Positions 10,056 through 20,720 of a stretch of DNA of 64,000 nt are shown piece after piece. The stretch is taken from assembly GCA_963752475.1 (NCBI GenBank), contig CAVVYR010000008.1, forward strand, positions 192,001 through 256,000. The letters are read 5' to 3'. Within the stretch, counting starts at the first letter, position 1. Each line of letters begins with the position of its first letter. Origin of the DNA: an uncultured Chloroflexia bacterium (GTDB lineage Bacteria; Chloroflexota; Limnocylindria; Limnocylindrales; CSP1-4). Position numbers and translations under genes: made by a program. The notes beneath the pieces are model-generated. The model was given only the letters and a program-made list of their open reading frames with translations, ran no database searches and was not told where the DNA came from.

Positions 10056-10541
10056 TCAGATCGGCTCGGCCCACTCCTTGAGGCGCTGGGCCCACTCCTC
10101 GACCAGGGCGGTGTAGATCGGGCGCTTGACCTCCCACATCCCCTCCGCCAGCTCGGCCAGGTCCATCCAGCGGAACGCCTTGAACTCCTGACGCTCGCCC
10201 TTGGGCGGGGTCAGGTCGATGTCATCGTCGGTACCCAGGAAGCGGAAGAGGAACCACCGCTGCACCTGCCCCCGGTTGCGCTTGTCGCGGCGACGGGCAG
10301 GCGGTAGCTCGTACGCCAGCCACTCGGGGTGCTCGGCCGACAGCTCGACGTGCTCGGGCCGCAGGCCCGTCTCCTCCTGCAGCTCGCGCAGCGCGGCCTC
10401 GGCCGGCTCCTCGCCCACGTTGAGGCCGCCCTGTGGCATCTGCCAGCGGTCTGGCTGATCGATACGCTCGAGCGCGAGCACCAGCCCATCAGCACGAGCG
10501 ACGGCGATGCCCACGTTGGCGCGGAAGGTCTGACTGGTCAT
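10056..10541 (-). CDS. rppH: RNA pyrophosphohydrolase (Nudix, RppH/NudH-like)
   Basis: FRANVGI, WQMPQGG, Nudix box GEEPAEAALRELQEETG, GQVQRWFLFRF. Confidence 0.85.
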   Translation of the reverse strand: MTSQTFRANVGIAVARADGLVLALERIDQPDRWQMPQGGLNVGEEPAEAALRELQEETGLRPEHVELSAEHPEWLAYELPPARRRDKRNRGQVQRWFLFRFLGTDDDIDLTPPKGERQEFKAFRWMDLAELAEGMWEVKRPIYTALVEEWAQRLKEWAEPI

Positions 10542-10630
10542 GGCCGCCCTACTCTACTGGCGCACCGACGCCTTCGCGAGCCTCGAACGACGCGGAGCAT
10601 CGGAATGGACCGCAACGGAGGGAGGCTTGG

Positions 10631-11343
10631 ATGATCGAGGAAGCGCTGCTGGTGACCCAGGTGGGCATGTTCCTGTTCATCGTGGCCGGCATGGCCGCGA
10701 TGGGCCTGAGCCTGACCGTGCCACGCATCGTGGAGCCGCTACGCGACCTGCGCATGGTGGGGCTGCTGATGGTGGTGACCGTGGTCTATGCCCCGATCGT
10801 GGTGCCCCTCGTGGTCGAGGGCGCGACCGTCGAGGCCTGGGACATCGCCAGCTCGCTCATCGTGCTCATGCTCATCCCGCTCGGCGCGGGCCTCTTCGTC
10901 AAGGCGCGCTACGAGGAGTTCGCCGACAGCATCGTGGGCCAGGCAGGCCAGATCTCGAGCACCGGCCTGATGGTCGGCATCGTGGCCGCCCTGCTCGTCT
11001 CCTGGCAGGACGTCTTCGGCGCCATCGGTTCGTGGGTCTTCATCGGCGTCGCCATCGTGCTCGTGGCCGCCCTGGTTGTCGGCTACATCTGCGGGGTCGG
11101 GCGCTCACAGAACGACATGATCGTGCTGGCCTGGCCACCGCGCAGCGCAACATCACGGCCGCGCTGGTGATCGCGGCCTCGCTCAGCGGCGACGTCGTGG
11201 TACTCACCATGGTCGGCGCCCTGGTCATCCCCGTCGTCCTCATCGTCCTTGCGGGTGAGCTGGGCAAGCGCTTCGGCTCGGCCGATGGTGAGCGAGGCCA
11301 AGCGCTCGGGCCGAAGGCGGTGTACCCTCGCCCTCTGCCCTAG
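10631..11343 (+). pseudogene. Bile acid:sodium symporter (BASS) family transporter, frameshifted near 11130 and apparently internally deleted
   Basis: MAAMGLSLT..PLRD and LMLIPLGAGL in one frame; LATAQRNITAALVIA continues in another frame. Confidence 0.7.
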
Positions 11344-11369
11344 TCGTCAAGAGCAGGGGGTATCACCTG

Positions 11370-12569
11370 GTGATCAACAACCGTCTTCTCAGCTCCGTCG
11401 TCGCCGCCGGCATGCTCCTCACGCTACCCGGCCCGGCCCTGGCACAGGAGCCCATCGAACTCGAATACACCGACTGGTCACTCGTGAGCTACTACGACGA
11501 GGAGGCCGGCGAGACCGCTCCGGTGCCCTTCGAGGTCAACGCCACGCTGCGCCTCGAGGATGGCACGGCCTCCGGGTCGGGCGGCTGCAATCGGTTCAGC
11601 GGCTTCTACGACCTCGACGGCAGCACCATCGAGTTCGGCGAGGAGATGTCGGTCACGCTCGCGTTCTGCGAGGGCCCGGCACAGGACGTGGAGGATGCCT
11701 ACCTGGCCAACCTCGGCAGCGTCGGTGGTTGGGCCATCGACGGGGAGCAGCTCGAGCTCTACGACAACCTTGGCGACCTGGCGCTCACCTTCGAGCTGCC
11801 CAGCATCGCCTGGACGCCCACGCAGCTGGCTACCCTGCTGGCCGCTCTGAGCGATCTCCGGAGCGAGATCGACACGCTGCGCACGGACACCGACAAGCTC
11901 AACGTGCCCACGCTCCGCCAGCGCATCAAGGCGCTCGAAGCGGAGAACAGGAAGATCACCAAGAGTCTGACCCAGCTGGAGGACTCCCCCAAGGTCGATC
12001 AGGCGCCGAACACCCAGACGACCTCGTTCAACGCCTCCGAGAAGGTCCTGCTCGAGGGCATCCCTACGCGCATCAGCAACTACTGCAGCCCGTTGCGCAC
12101 GGCGCTGCCCAAGGGCACGCGGGCCGCGGTCACTTGCCGCCCCAACACCAAGACGGTCTCGTCGGTCGACTACTACCTGCTCGACGGCAGCCGGGCCATG
12201 ACCGAGTTCGGCTCGGTGATGTCGAACTACAACGTGCCCGACACCTCGGCCGGCGGCCAGACCTGCGCCGACGGCACCAAGTCCCAGAGCATCTATCTCG
12301 GCGGCTGGCAGGCGCAGGGCTGCTACCGAGAGAACAAGACCGCCCAGCTGCGCTTCGTTGACAACGCCACCGACTGCAAGAAGCTCAAGGTCGGCGGCAA
12401 GACGCTCGGCAGCCCGGCCTTCTATGTCGCCATCCAGGGCGCCGACAACAACGTCGCCAAGGTCTACGACTGGGCCACCAGGGGCCTCCAGGAAGGCGTC
12501 GGTCAGGTGACCTCCATCACGCAGCCGATCCCCTCGAACGCGCGCGCCTCGCCTGCTTGCGCCACCTGA
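11370..12569 (+). CDS. Secreted META (HslJ-like) domain protein with coiled coil and Cys-rich C-terminal domain
   Basis: Signal peptide; SGSGGCNRFSG and TLAFC META motifs; heptad segment; 7 further Cys. Confidence 0.8.
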   Translation: MINNRLLSSVVAAGMLLTLPGPALAQEPIELEYTDWSLVSYYDEEAGETAPVPFEVNATLRLEDGTASGSGGCNRFSGFYDLDGSTIEFGEEMSVTLAFCEGPAQDVEDAYLANLGSVGGWAIDGEQLELYDNLGDLALTFELPSIAWTPTQLATLLAALSDLRSEIDTLRTDTDKLNVPTLRQRIKALEAENRKITKSLTQLEDSPKVDQAPNTQTTSFNASEKVLLEGIPTRISNYCSPLRTALPKGTRAAVTCRPNTKTVSSVDYYLLDGSRAMTEFGSVMSNYNVPDTSAGGQTCADGTKSQSIYLGGWQAQGCYRENKTAQLRFVDNATDCKKLKVGGKTLGSPAFYVAIQGADNNVAKVYDWATRGLQEGVGQVTSITQPIPSNARASPACAT

Positions 12570-12624
12570 CCGGCACTTGCACGGCGGTCTACCGTTGACC
12601 CTTACCACGGGGAGGATCGACGAC

Positions 12625-13490
12625 ATGGCCAGCAAGAATGCCAAGACCGACAAATCCAGGAAGCCGAAGGCCAAGAAGGCAGCAGGGTTGAGGCAGCACC
12701 CGAGAAGCCCAGGGGCATCCCGAAGAAGTTCTACGAACAGGAGCTGGCCAAGCTCCAGATCGAGCTGGTCAAGCTGCAGGAGTGGATCCGCGCGCGCGGC
12801 CTGAAGGTGGTGGTCCTCTTCGAGGGCCGCGACGCCGCCGGCAAGGGCGGCGTCATCAAGCGCATCACCCAGAGCCTCAACCCGCGCGTCTGCCGCGTCG
12901 TCGCCCTGCCCGCGCCCACCGAGCGCGAGAAGACGCAGTGGTACTTCCAGCGCTACGTGCCGCACCTGCCGGCGGCCGGCGAGATGGTGCTCTTCGACCG
13001 CAGCTGGTACAACCGCGCCGGCGTCGAGCGCGTCATGGGCTTCTGCACCGAGGAGGAGTACCAGGAGTTCTTGCGCTCCTGCCCCGAGTTCGAGCGCATG
13101 CTCGTGCGCTCGGGCATCATCCTCATCAAGTACTGGTTCTCGGTCAGCGACGAGGAGCAGGAGCGCCGCTTCCAGGCGCGCATCGACGACCCCACCAAGC
13201 GCTGGAAGCTCAGCCCGATGGACCTGCGAGTCGCGCGCCCGCTGGGTCGAGTACTCCAAGGCCAAGGACGAGATGTTCGCGCCACACCGACATCAAGCAG
13301 GCGCCCTGGTACGTGGTCAACGCCGACAGCAAGACGCCGCGCCCGCCTCAACTGCATCAGCCACCTGCTGTCGCTGATCCCCTACGAGGACCTGACGCCC
13401 GAGCCCATCGAGCTGCCGCCGCGCCAGCCGGACAAGGGCTACGTGCGCCCGCCGATCGACGACCAGACCTTCATCCCCGAGCCCTACTAG
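12625..13490 (+). CDS. ppk2: Polyphosphate kinase 2 (frameshifted as sequenced)
   Basis: FEGRDAAGKGG, FDRSWYNRAGVERVMGF, KRWKLSPMD; indels near 12684, 13227, 13281 and 13334. Confidence 0.9.
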
Positions 13491-13493
13491 GCC

Positions 13494-14423
13494 GTGCCCA
13501 GCTCGCCTCGTCGTCATCAACCCACACGCCTCGAAATCCCGAGACGCAACCACGCTGGCGGCGCTGACCGAGCGCCTCGGCGAGGTGCTGGCCGAGCGCG
13601 ACGGCGCCGAGCCGCGGCTGGTCGAGACGGCCGAGGCCAGCGAAGTAGCGCCGGTGGCCAGGAGGCGCTCGACGAGCGGTGTGGCCTCGGTCGTGGGTGT
13701 CGGCGGTGACGGCACAATGCGCGAGATCGCGGGGGTGCTCGCCGGCACGGACGTGCCGCTGGGGGTCATCCCTGCCGGCACCGGCAACCAGGTGGCCGCG
13801 GCGCTCGCTATCCCGCTCGCGCCACTGAAGGCGGCCGATGTCTCGCGAACGCCGTCGCGCGCATGATCGACCTCGGAGAGGTGAGCGACCGGGTGGACGG
13901 CAGGACGGAGACCTCGATGTGCCTCATCGGCTGCGGGGCCGGTTTCGACGCCCAGCTCATGGCCACGACTCGAATGGACTCAAGCGCTGCATCGGGACGG
14001 TAGCCTACTTCGTCCAGGGGGCACGGCTGATGTTGCGCTACAGCGACGCCCTGCCGCGTGACCGTCGACGAGGTAGACTTTCGAGACGGGCGCCACCATC
14101 GTGCTCATCGGCAACATGGGTCAGCTCGTGCCGGGCCGGCTGGACCTGCGGCTGCCGCTCGACCCGTCCGACGGCCTGCTGGAGGTCATCGTGGTGGGCG
14201 CCGTCGGGCCCGGTCAGCGGCCTGCGTGGCCTGCAGGACCAGCTGCGACGCACCCAGCTCGGTGGCGGGGCGGAGATGCCAGCATCCGCCTGCGCGGCAG
14301 ATCGATCGAGATCGAGCCGCTGAGCCCATGCCGCTACAGGTCGACGGCGACTATGTCGGCGAGGGCGGCCTCCACGCTCGCGTCCGTCCAGCCGCACTGC
14401 GAGTGCTGGTGCCTACCGCCTGA
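13494..14423 (+). CDS. Diacylglycerol/lipid kinase family protein (several frameshifts as sequenced)
   Basis: VINP, GGDGT, IPAGTGN, GAGFDA, DGLLEV and QVDGD motifs spread over three frames. Confidence 0.8.
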
Positions 14424-14435
14424 GTCTTCGGTTCG

Positions 14436-15029
14436 TCACGCAGGCTCCCCCTCTTCGGCCCCGCCCCTGGACAGCTCCAGGGACTCCGCCAGCGCCAGCC
14501 AGCCGTCGTCGGCTGGCTCGTCAGCCACGCACTGCAGCTGATAGTGATCGTCACCACTCGCCAGCAGGTAGACCGTGGTGTAGGCCGCGCTGGGCTCGTT
14601 GTGGATGTCGAAGCGATAGGCCTCGCCCGCGGGTAGCTCGACCTCCGTCACCTCGATCGGCCGCTCCACGTCGCTGTGGCTGGGCGTCATCAGTGCTTCG
14701 TAGCGCTCGGCATGTGCATCCAGAGCGAGTGGGTAGCTGGGATACCAGGTCAGGTCGCACCAGCTGCCGCTGCCGTCGCTGGCGTAGATGACCTTCCAGA
14801 ACGGGACCGGCTCTTCGGCAAAGCCCTCGTCGTAGAGGCCCCAGTCCTCCTTCTGGCGCATCTCGATGTCGGCGGACCAAGCCGCCGGCACGGAGAGCGC
14901 CACGCCAGCCTCGGGGACGGGGATCCGCTGGGTTTCACCTCCCTCGGTCGCGTCGTCCTGCGCGACCACCACAGCAACCTGACCGACGAGCAAGCCGGTC
15001 AACAGCAAAGACATGCAGCCACGTCGCAT
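14436..15029 (-). CDS. Secreted hypothetical protein
   Basis: Signal peptide ending VVA-QDD; GGGGGAAG RBS; acidic. Confidence 0.7.
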   Translation of the reverse strand: MRRGCMSLLLTGLLVGQVAVVVAQDDATEGGETQRIPVPEAGVALSVPAAWSADIEMRQKEDWGLYDEGFAEEPVPFWKVIYASDGSGSWCDLTWYPSYPLALDAHAERYEALMTPSHSDVERPIEVTEVELPAGEAYRFDIHNEPSAAYTTVYLLASGDDHYQLQCVADEPADDGWLALAESLELSRGGAEEGEPA

Positions 15030-15091
15030 CGCTCTTCCCCCCTATACGTTTCGGCCCATCGTCGACCCCCGACAGAGGGCCGTCAATACCG

Positions 15092-15130
15092 AAGAAGCGC
15101 CGGGGCCCTCGATGGACCCCGGCGCTTCTT
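15092..15130 (-). terminator. Intrinsic terminator after the VIT-vWA gene (possibly bidirectional)
   Basis: AAGAAGCGCCGGGG...CCCCGGCGCTTCTT, perfect 14-bp stem. Confidence 0.75.
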
Positions 15131-15150
15131 GTGTGCTGCTGGTTCGGGGA

Positions 15151-17300
15151 TCAGCCGCCGAGGTTCGGCCAGGTGATGGTGATCCAGCCGTCAGGACCCT
15201 CGGTCACGACGCGCTCGCCGAGTGCGGCCGCATCGGCCAGGCTCGGATCGCGTGCGATGAGCTCGAGGAACTCATCGCTGCCGACCTCGATGACAGGTGC
15301 GTCGGTGCCCTCTTCGTAGTCGTCACGCGTCCAGGTGTCGTCGACGAAGTAGTAGGAGTGCGAACCCACGACCTCGGTCGTCATGATCGTGTTGGCCCGG
15401 AACTCGGCCTCCTCGCGCATCTCACCCACGGACTTGGCTGCCTTCACCGCGGAGGCACCCGAGGCCGGCGCACTCGCGACCGCCTCGGCCTCGTCCATGG
15501 CCATCTCGAGCATGGCGTCGTCGCCGTCGGCCGCGAACAACCGTCGTGCATCGGGCTCCTCGGCCAGATAGGCGGTGTAGGGGGTCACGATGCCGAACTG
15601 GTTGGCGATCTCCACGACCTCCTCGACCAGCGTGTCACGGACGCCTTCGATGCGCAGCTCGGTCATGAGGTCGGCCACGCGGCGCTGGGCCCATAGCTGG
15701 GAGATGGCGGGATCGTCGGTGTCGCGCTCGGGGAAGAGGACGTCGTAGGCGAACGTCTCGGGTCCGTTGGCGGAGTTGCCGGTGACGGTGACGGTGGCTT
15801 CGCCGGCGCCGTCGTAGCGGCCCGCGAGCAGCGCCTGGCTTCCGGCGAAGATGCCGGGCACGCCGGCCGGAGCCATGTCGAAGGTGTCGACGCCGTCGAT
15901 GACGACCTCGATATCGGCGAGGACGGGCGTCGAGACCATCTCCCACAAGCGAGCGACCTCGGTATCGATGCGCTGCTCGGGAGTGACGTAGTGGCTGGAG
16001 CCGGTGAATTCGGTCGCCAGCGCGTCGAGCAGGACGGTGTCCACGTCGTAGCCCACGCCGAAGGCGAAGAGCTGCGTGCGCTCGGGCGCGTTGCGCTCGA
16101 CCAGCTCGAGGATGCCTTCGGCCGACTCGATGCCGACCGTGGCCAGACCGTCGGTCAGGAACACGATGGTGGCCGGGCGCTCCCCGTCGAGGAACTCCAT
16201 GGCCGTCTCGAGAGCACCGCTGATGTTGGTGTTGCCGCCGGCGCTCAGGTCGCGCACGTAGTCGATGCCTTCATCGGCATCGGAGGCGGGATGGAGCTCG
16301 TCCGCGAACGTACGGACGTAGCGGGAGAAGTCGACCACCGCGAAACGGTCGTCCGCGCCCAGGTTGTCGAGCACGTACTCGGCCGCGTCACGGGCCTGGC
16401 TCATCTTCTCGCCCTCCATCGATCCGGAGCGGTCGAGCACCAGCACCACGTCGCGCGCGACGGTCTCGTCGAGTTCGACCACGGGTGCGAAGAGAAGGTT
16501 GAAGTAGCCGTCGTCGCCCGACTCTCGGTAAGTCAGGAGGCGGGTATCGATGAGGCCTTCGCCCCCTGAGAGGTAAAGGCGGAAGTCGGTGCCGGGGGTC
16601 CAATCGTCGGCTGACTCCCAACCGACGCCGATCTCACCCTCGCCACGCCGCTCCTCGTCGAGGTCGAAGCCGGGCGCGATGGCCGAGCGGACCTCCCAAG
16701 GCACGTCGACGTCGACACTCACCATCCCGCTCGCGGGACGTGGCGACATGCGCGACCAGGGCACCTCCACGATGGCCTGCTCGCCCTCAGCCAGCAGCGG
16801 CGTGGTCACGCTGAAGCTGACCGAACGCTCTTCACCCGCAGGCACGGGGAAGGCCCGCACCTCGTACATGTCGCCCTCGAGCGAGCGCAGCAACGCGGGG
16901 TCGATGAGACGACGGACGATGTCCTCGTAGATGCGCGTGGCATCGTCGGAGTCGAGCAGCTTGCCCTCCAGGGTCTCGGGGCCACCGGAGAGCACGAGGT
17001 CGGTCACCGAGCTGCCGGCCGGGACCGGGAAGACGATGCGGCCCTCGGCGCCTGGGCCACCGCGGCCGGGCTCTGCCGGGTTCGAGAGATCGAAGCGATA
17101 GCGGGCGATGCTCACGCCATCGTTGACCTCGATGTCGGCCTCGATACCGTCGAGCTGTGCCATCTCCGTCACCGGCCACCAGCAGCCGGACAGTCGGGCG
17201 GCATCGGCGGCTCGATGATGACGTCTTGCGCGCGGCCCGCGGCCGGCAGCAGGAACAGCGCCGCCAGCGCGATGACGATGATCCGGGACAGGGAACGCAT
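15151..17300 (-). CDS. Secreted VIT + von Willebrand factor A domain protein (inter-alpha-trypsin-inhibitor-like); frameshift near 17185
   Basis: MIDAS DRSGSM, GGNTNI, FLTDG, FGVGYDVD, VTPYTAYL; signal peptide MRSLSRIIVIALAALF starts at 17300 in a different frame. Confidence 0.88.
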
Positions 17301-17331
17301 GGTCGTACCTCTTTGCGGTGGGTACGGCTAT

Positions 17332-17357
17332 GACGTTGGCAGCGTCGCTGCGGTTCC
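17332..17357 (-). promoter_or_regulatory. Putative ECF-sigma promoter of the VIT-vWA gene
   Basis: Minus strand GGAAC-N17-CGTC, about 30 nt upstream of ATG. Confidence 0.45.
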
Positions 17358-17358
17358 T

Positions 17359-18201
17359 TCAGCTGGTGCGCGGAGGCCCCAGGCGGATGAAATCACGTAG
17401 CTCGGCCACGCTCATGCGGCCGGGGTAGATGTGCTCGTGCCACCAGGTCACACCGGCCTCGACGTACGGAGCCAGGAGCCTGGAGTCAGCCTCGGGCTCG
17501 CCGCTGAGCAGCCCGGCATGGACGAGGTCGAACGGACCGTCGTCCTGGCGCTCGGCCTCTACGAAGGCCCTCACCTCCGACATCTCCGCGGCTGTCATCT
17601 GGTACTCGAAGCCGGCTCCGGCCTTGATGGGAAAGACGCCGTCCCAGGCGGCCGCACGACGCATGGGACGTCTGTTGGGCCAGGTACCGGCGACCCAGAT
17701 CGGGACCGCGGCCGCTGCAGCGGGCGTGGCAGGAACGGCTCCGTGACGGCATGGATGTACTCGCCCTCGAAGTCGACGGGCTCACCCGACCAGAGTCGGT
17801 CGAGCAAGGCCAGGCTCTCGTCGAGGATGCGGGCACGGATCCGCGGATCGGCCTCATCGCCGAAGGCCGCGAACTCGCGCTCGTCGTTGGCGCCCAGCCC
17901 GACGCCCAGGATGAGTCGGCCACCGGAGAGGTGGTCCAGGGCCACGGTCTCGCGAGCCAGCTTGGTCATCCGGCGGCGCGCCAGGGGCGTGACCATCGGA
18001 CCCAGGATGAGGCGCTCGGTACGGACGGCCGCGGCCGACAGGGCGATCCAGGATCGGTCACCTCGGGCTCGTGTCGGTCGCGAGGTGATCCCACAGGAAG
18101 AAGCCGTCCCAGCCTGCACCCTCCGCGGCCACAGCGACGTCCGCCAGCAGATCGGGGTCGGCATACTCCCCGAAGATCGACAGGTCCAGGCCGAAGCGCA
18201 T
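17359..18201 (-). CDS. LLM-class flavin-dependent oxidoreductase (two frameshifts as sequenced)
   Basis: GWDGFFLWDH, WIALSAAAVRTERLILG, LDHLSGGRLILGVGLG, RRAAAWDG. Confidence 0.85.
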
Positions 18202-18270
18202 GTTGCATCCTTTGTGTTCAGGTGGATCGTTCGCTCTGCTCGAGTGTGATGCACCGGCGAAGAGCGAAGG

Positions 18271-18648
18271 TCAGGGCGCGTCCTCTCGCAGCTGGACGAA
18301 GACGCCGCGGGATGGCTCCTCGCCGACGACGCGCGTGACGTGGCCGGTGCCGCTCAGGTCCTCGAGCAGCGCGACGTCGCCGGGGCCCATGTGGCGGATC
18401 TGGCCGTCGCCGACCTCGACCTCCAAGCGGCCGCCGAGGTTGAAGTAGAGCTGCCGTCGGGGGCTGGGGTGCCAGTCGCCGAACCAGCCGGCCGGGAACT
18501 CGAAGAGCAGCGCGCGCTCCGCGGGCAACGGCGCCGAGACATCGAACGGTGGCGCGGGTGGCGCGAAGTCGGCGGGCTCGAGAGCGATGTCGATGTCCTC
18601 GAAGTGCGAGGTGCCGCCGTCATCAGCCCAGATGCGGGTGACCCTCAC
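18271..18648 (-). CDS. Cupin domain protein
   Basis: TRIWADDGGTSHFED, WHPSPRRQ, LLEDLSGTGH. Confidence 0.85.
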   Translation of the reverse strand: MRVTRIWADDGGTSHFEDIDIALEPADFAPPAPPFDVSAPLPAERALLFEFPAGWFGDWHPSPRRQLYFNLGGRLEVEVGDGQIRHMGPGDVALLEDLSGTGHVTRVVGEEPSRGVFVQLREDAP

Positions 18649-18655
18649 GGCAGCG

Positions 18656-19366
18656 TCATCGGCTGAAAGCGGGGTGTCCCGCGTCGAGGACCTCGGCATA
18701 GACCGTGGACGGCGCAGCGTACGAGCCCAGGAGCGCCTCCAGGTCACGGACCGCCCGGTCGATGTCGTCTGGCGCGGCGTCGTGGTGACCCTCGATGGTG
18801 ATGAGGACCTCGACCGTGTCCTCGCGTGCCGCGCTCGCCTTCGATTGGCGCCAGCACCAACGGCGCGCGCTCACGCGCTCGTCGTCGTCGCTGAAGATGA
18901 CCTCGCCCGGCTCCGGGTGGGCCGTCTGGCTCGAGCCGAGGTCGGCCCAGGCCTCCCCGCCATGGGCCAGGCGCACCGTCGTGCCGCCGCTCACGTCGCG
19001 CTGATCGAAGACCGCCACCGGCAAGGCATAGCGGATGCTGACGAGGTTGGCCAGGTCGACAAGGGCGTTGACCGAGGGCAGCTCGCCCTCCTTGGTGAGG
19101 CGCCGCAGCAAGGCCTCGGCAGCCGAGCGGTACTTGGTGGGGTTGACGCCGAAGCCGCGGAACACGCCGCGCCAGGCAGCCAGGGTCGGCAGCTCCGAGA
19201 GCGGTGTCTCACCGATGCGCTCGCGCACGGAGGCCTGCTCGGCGTGGAAGGCCGCGCTGAGCTCGGCAGGTGCGGGGCGGTTCCTTACGCCGTCTGCGTG
19301 GATGACCCCGCCGACGACATTCGGGAACCGCTCGAGGACCTCGTGGTCGTAGCCGAACCGCGCCAT
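18656..19366 (-). CDS. B3/B4 domain protein (PheRS beta editing-domain-like)
   Basis: WRGVFRGFGVNPTKYRSAAEALLRR, VNALVDLANLVS, RRWCWRQ. Confidence 0.9.
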   Translation of the reverse strand: MARFGYDHEVLERFPNVVGGVIHADGVRNRPAPAELSAAFHAEQASVRERIGETPLSELPTLAAWRGVFRGFGVNPTKYRSAAEALLRRLTKEGELPSVNALVDLANLVSIRYALPVAVFDQRDVSGGTTVRLAHGGEAWADLGSSQTAHPEPGEVIFSDDDERVSARRWCWRQSKASAAREDTVEVLITIEGHHDAAPDDIDRAVRDLEALLGSYAAPSTVYAEVLDAGHPAFSR

Positions 19367-19383
19367 GCCCAGAGTCTAATGGG

Positions 19384-20720
19384 CTAGCTCGACGCCTCGC
19401 GACCCGCCACGATGTCGGTCGGGGCCTTGCCCTGCAGCGCATGAGCGGCCATCACGGCGGCGCCGAAGGCCGTCGTCTCAGGTTCGGTCACGCGAGCCAT
19501 CGGCCGCTCGTAGGCGGTGCTGCGCAACTCACGCCAGAAGGGAACGCGCGTGGGATGTCCGGCTGCGAGCACCAGCTCGTAGGGCCGCCCGGAGGCAGCT
19601 TCGAGCTTCGCGATGATGGCGGCCGAGCGCTGCGCCAACCCCTCGAGCACAGCGCGCATGACGGCCGCGCGGTCGGCGTCGTAGGGCACGGCATCGAGGC
19701 GACCAGACGCAGGTCGTCGGTGACTTCGAAGTCGATGCCACTGCTGTCCGCTCTGGCCACGGCTTCGTACATGGCCTCGTCCTCTACGCCATCGAAGAGC
19801 AGTGCCCGCCACTGCTGGAAGAAATGGCCGGAGTGGATGTTGATGTGGGCGTACCAGGTGTCGTCGTCGACATAGCAGCCCTGATCGATGCCTCTGGCAG
19901 CCTCGCCCTCGAGGGGCGCCTTCAGCAACGACAGGTGCGCCTCCGAGGTGCCCGCCGAGAGATAGAGCTCTCGCGTCGAGCGCACGCCGGCGCCGTAGGC
20001 ACCGCAGAGGTGATCGTGACCACCGCTCACGAGGGCCGTTCCCGATGGCAGGCCGAGCTGCCGCGCCAGCACGGGATCGAACTCACCGATGACGGTCCGT
20101 CCCGGGACGAGGCGTGGCCACTCCAGCTCGATGGCCGTGGCTTCGATGGTGGCCTGATTCCAGGTCCGCTCGACGATGTCGAAGGCACCGGCACGAGAGG
20201 CGTGCGACCAATCCATCACCAGGTCGGCGCCCAGGCCGTGCAGCACGTAGTCGCCCAGGTCGGTCCAGGTCACGGCACGTTCCAGCGTCTCCGGCCGCTG
20301 GTCGCGGATCCAGAGCAGCTTGAAGAGCGAGAACGTGGCGTCAGGCGGCCAGCGGCGCGTGAGCGGCAGCTCACCTCCCGGCCCACGCATGTAGGTGGCG
20401 GCCTCCGCTAGGCCACGAGGGTCGTACCAGGTGATGACGTCGTCGGTGGGCCGACCCTCGGCATCGAGCAGCACGACCTCCTCGCCGACGCTGGCGACGC
20501 AGAGCGCATCGACCGAAGCTCCGGCCGGCAACCGGCGGACGGTGGAGCCCATCAGTTCCAGCACGGTCTGGAGCACCTGCGCTGGACGATGGGCCTCGCC
20601 GGCTTCGTCGCGCAGCACCGGGGTGGGGGCGGACTCGACCGCCAGCGTTCGGCCGGTCCCGATCTCGAGCGCCAGGACCTTCGTGTGCGTGGTGCCCACG
20701 TCGATCCCCAGGGTGATCAT
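19384..20720 (-). CDS. FGGY-family carbohydrate kinase (frameshift near 19705)
   Basis: GIDVGTTHTK, ITWYDPR, GGHDH, SAGTSE; C-terminus RAVLEGLA..ETTAFGAA lies in a second frame. Confidence 0.88.

Noticed and set aside
12625-14423. Programmed frameshifting in ppk2 or the lipid kinase
   Set aside because: Multiple scattered indels without slippery heptamers; better explained by consensus errors
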